This document shows positions 62,448-64,000 of a DNA stretch of 64,000 nucleotides, in pieces. The DNA comes from Patescibacteria group bacterium (GTDB lineage: Bacteria > Patescibacteriota > Minisyncoccia > Minisyncoccales > UBA10102), in NCBI GenBank assembly GCA_024239055.1, contig JANBVJ010000001.1:129277-193276 (forward strand), read 5' to 3'. Every line of letters begins with the position of its first letter. Within the stretch, counting starts at the first letter, position 1. The notes beneath the pieces are model-generated. The model had not been told where the DNA came from. It did no database searches and worked only from the letters and a program-made list of their open reading frames with translations. The translations under genes were made by a program, and so were the position numbers.

Positions 62448-63818
62448 TTATATTTTTTGAATTTTATACCCACTATTTGTATCTTGTAGTTTCCAACCCA
62501 TATCAATTAATTTATTTCGTACTAAATCAGCTTCTTTATATTTTTTTTGGTTTCTTAAATCTTCTCTTTTTTGAGCTAATTTCTTTATATTTTCTGGAAT
62601 TGATAAATCTTTTTCTTTAATTATAAATCCAAATATTTTATCTATTTTTTTTATGTATAAAAGAATTTCCTGTGAATCTTTTGTTGAAAACTTTTCTTTT
62701 GCAATTAACGAATTACTTTTTTTAATTAAATATAGTAAAGAAGTTAAAACAAGTGGAGTATTAAAATCATCTTCCATAGATCTTTTAAAAATTAATTTAA
62801 ATTCTTTTAATATATTATTATTTTCTTTTCCTTTTTGAGAATCATTTAATTTTCCAATAAATTCATCTATACGTTCTAATTCTTTCTCTGCTTGTTCTAT
62901 TCTTCTTTCTGAGTATTGAAGAGGGGAGCGATAGCTAGTCTTTGAGACAAGATAGCGTAGTAGACGGGCTGGGTGATCTTTTAAGAACTCTTCAATGGTA
63001 ATGAAGTTATTTAATGACTTTGACATCTTTTGCTTCTCCATACGCAGAAGCCCTGAATGTATCCAGTATCTAACAAGAGGGGATTTACCTGAGATTGCTT
63101 CCATCTGAGATATCTCAGCCTCATGATGAGGAAAGATAAGATCTATTGCTCCTCCATGCATATCATACTGCACTCCAAACTCCTTTTCTGTAATGGCTGT
63201 ATCCTCAATGTGCCAACCAGGACGTCCCTCTCCCCATGGACTATCCCATTTGGGTTCTCCTTTCTTTGAGAGCTTCCACAAGGCAAAGTCGCCTTTGTTT
63301 CTTTTGTCTTTTGCTTCGTCAATACGAGAGACTGCATCCTCAGCTCCCTGCTTTGTTCTACCAGATAGCTTACCGTAGTCTTTAAACTTTGAAATATCGT
63401 AATAAATACCGTCTTTCAACTCATATGCGTATCCTTTTTTTATTAATCTCTCAATTTGGGAGATAATCTCTTTTATGTATGAAGTAGCTCTGGCATATTT
63501 GTCAGGGCTATCAATACCAAGACTTTTCATGTCTTTTAAGAATGACTTTTCAAACTCCAAAGCTAACTTATTTGGTTCTTTATTCTGTTCTTTTGCCCGC
63601 TGAATTATCTTGTCATCAATATCTGTAATGTTTATAAGATAGGAAACATTAAAACCAGCATATCGAAGGTATTTTACAATGATGTCAAAGATAATATATG
63701 TTCTGGCATGGCCAAGATGCGAGGAATCATAGACTGTAGGCCCACAAACAAAAAGTTTAAGCTTCTTTGGCTTTATAACTTCCTTTTTTCTGGAAATAGT
63801 ATTAAAGATTCGTATCAT
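62448..63818 (-). CDS. cysS: cysteinyl-tRNA synthetase
   Basis: MIRIFNT.., CGPTVYDSSHLGHAR (HIGH), KMSKS. TGaTAGAAT lies 7 nt upstream of ATG 63818. The last about 155 codons are about 20% GC. Confidence 0.92.
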   Translation of the reverse strand: MIRIFNTISRKKEVIKPKKLKLFVCGPTVYDSSHLGHARTYIIFDIIVKYLRYAGFNVSYLINITDIDDKIIQRAKEQNKEPNKLALEFEKSFLKDMKSLGIDSPDKYARATSYIKEIISQIERLIKKGYAYELKDGIYYDISKFKDYGKLSGRTKQGAEDAVSRIDEAKDKRNKGDFALWKLSKKGEPKWDSPWGEGRPGWHIEDTAITEKEFGVQYDMHGGAIDLIFPHHEAEISQMEAISGKSPLVRYWIHSGLLRMEKQKMSKSLNNFITIEEFLKDHPARLLRYLVSKTSYRSPLQYSERRIEQAEKELERIDEFIGKLNDSQKGKENNNILKEFKLIFKRSMEDDFNTPLVLTSLLYLIKKSNSLIAKEKFSTKDSQEILLYIKKIDKIFGFIIKEKDLSIPENIKKLAQKREDLRNQKKYKEADLVRNKLIDMGWKLQDTNSGYKIQKI

Positions 63819-63880
63819 TAACAACATTCTATCACATTTTTCATGATTGAGCATGGAATCGCAGTATGCTACGATAAGAA

Positions 63881-64000
63881 ATGATGTTGAAAAAAGATCT
63901 CGTTAACAGCGGCATAATAGGATTCATTATTGCCGTTATCTTATTAGGAATATCAAAAAATATTTCAATTGAAGTTCCGAATCTATGGATGGCTCTTTTT
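63881..64000 (+). CDS. start of a membrane-protein ORF (partial; runs off the right edge)
   Basis: Own translation: MMLKKDLVNSGIIGFIIAVILLGISKNISIEVPNLWMALF.. with no stop before the window end. Confidence 0.35.
   Translation, partial: MMLKKDLVNSGIIGFIIAVILLGISKNISIEVPNLWMALF

Overview
The window looks like a streamlined, low-GC (roughly 40%), standard-code chromosome segment of a CPR / Parcubacteria-type bacterium. It is densely packed with housekeeping genes: murA, two mreB paralogs, holB-frr-rseP-proS, gatCA and gatB, pheST, gyrB, secE-nusG-rplK, a thymidylate/dNTP cluster, thrS, dnaE, rnhB, rpmF, nusB, rnc, rpsP, trmD, rpmG, def, pcm, mltG, rplJL, mraZ-rsmH-ftsL-ftsI, a P-type ATPase with a CaCA exchanger, rmuC, rplU, recR, dnaB and cysS. 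I also hand-folded 7 tRNAs and found one strongly promoted, terminated about 280-nt structured RNA that I read as a minimal RNase P RNA. No CRISPR array, rRNA, transposase or integrase is visible. Three things stand out. (1) About a dozen small, higher-GC (about 47-55%) islets sit between conserved operons. Each has its own sigma70-like promoter, a strong Shine-Dalgarno (SD) site and an intrinsic terminator, whereas the native genes lack SD sites and operon-first genes look leaderless (-10 box 6-8 nt from the start codon). (2) The flank of tRNA-Trp holds a 0.8-kb two-gene cassette bracketed by about 70-bp direct repeats. These repeats contain a degenerate copy of the tRNA 3' end plus a promoter with a palindromic operator. 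It is followed by two zinc-finger mini-proteins and a phage-holin-family gene. (3) In the thymidylate cluster, thyA is flanked by two compositionally different HIT/GalT-like paralogs, next to a cytidylyltransferase-like gene and a dCMP deaminase with an unknown N-terminal domain. All functional calls come from motif recognition by eye, with no database searches.
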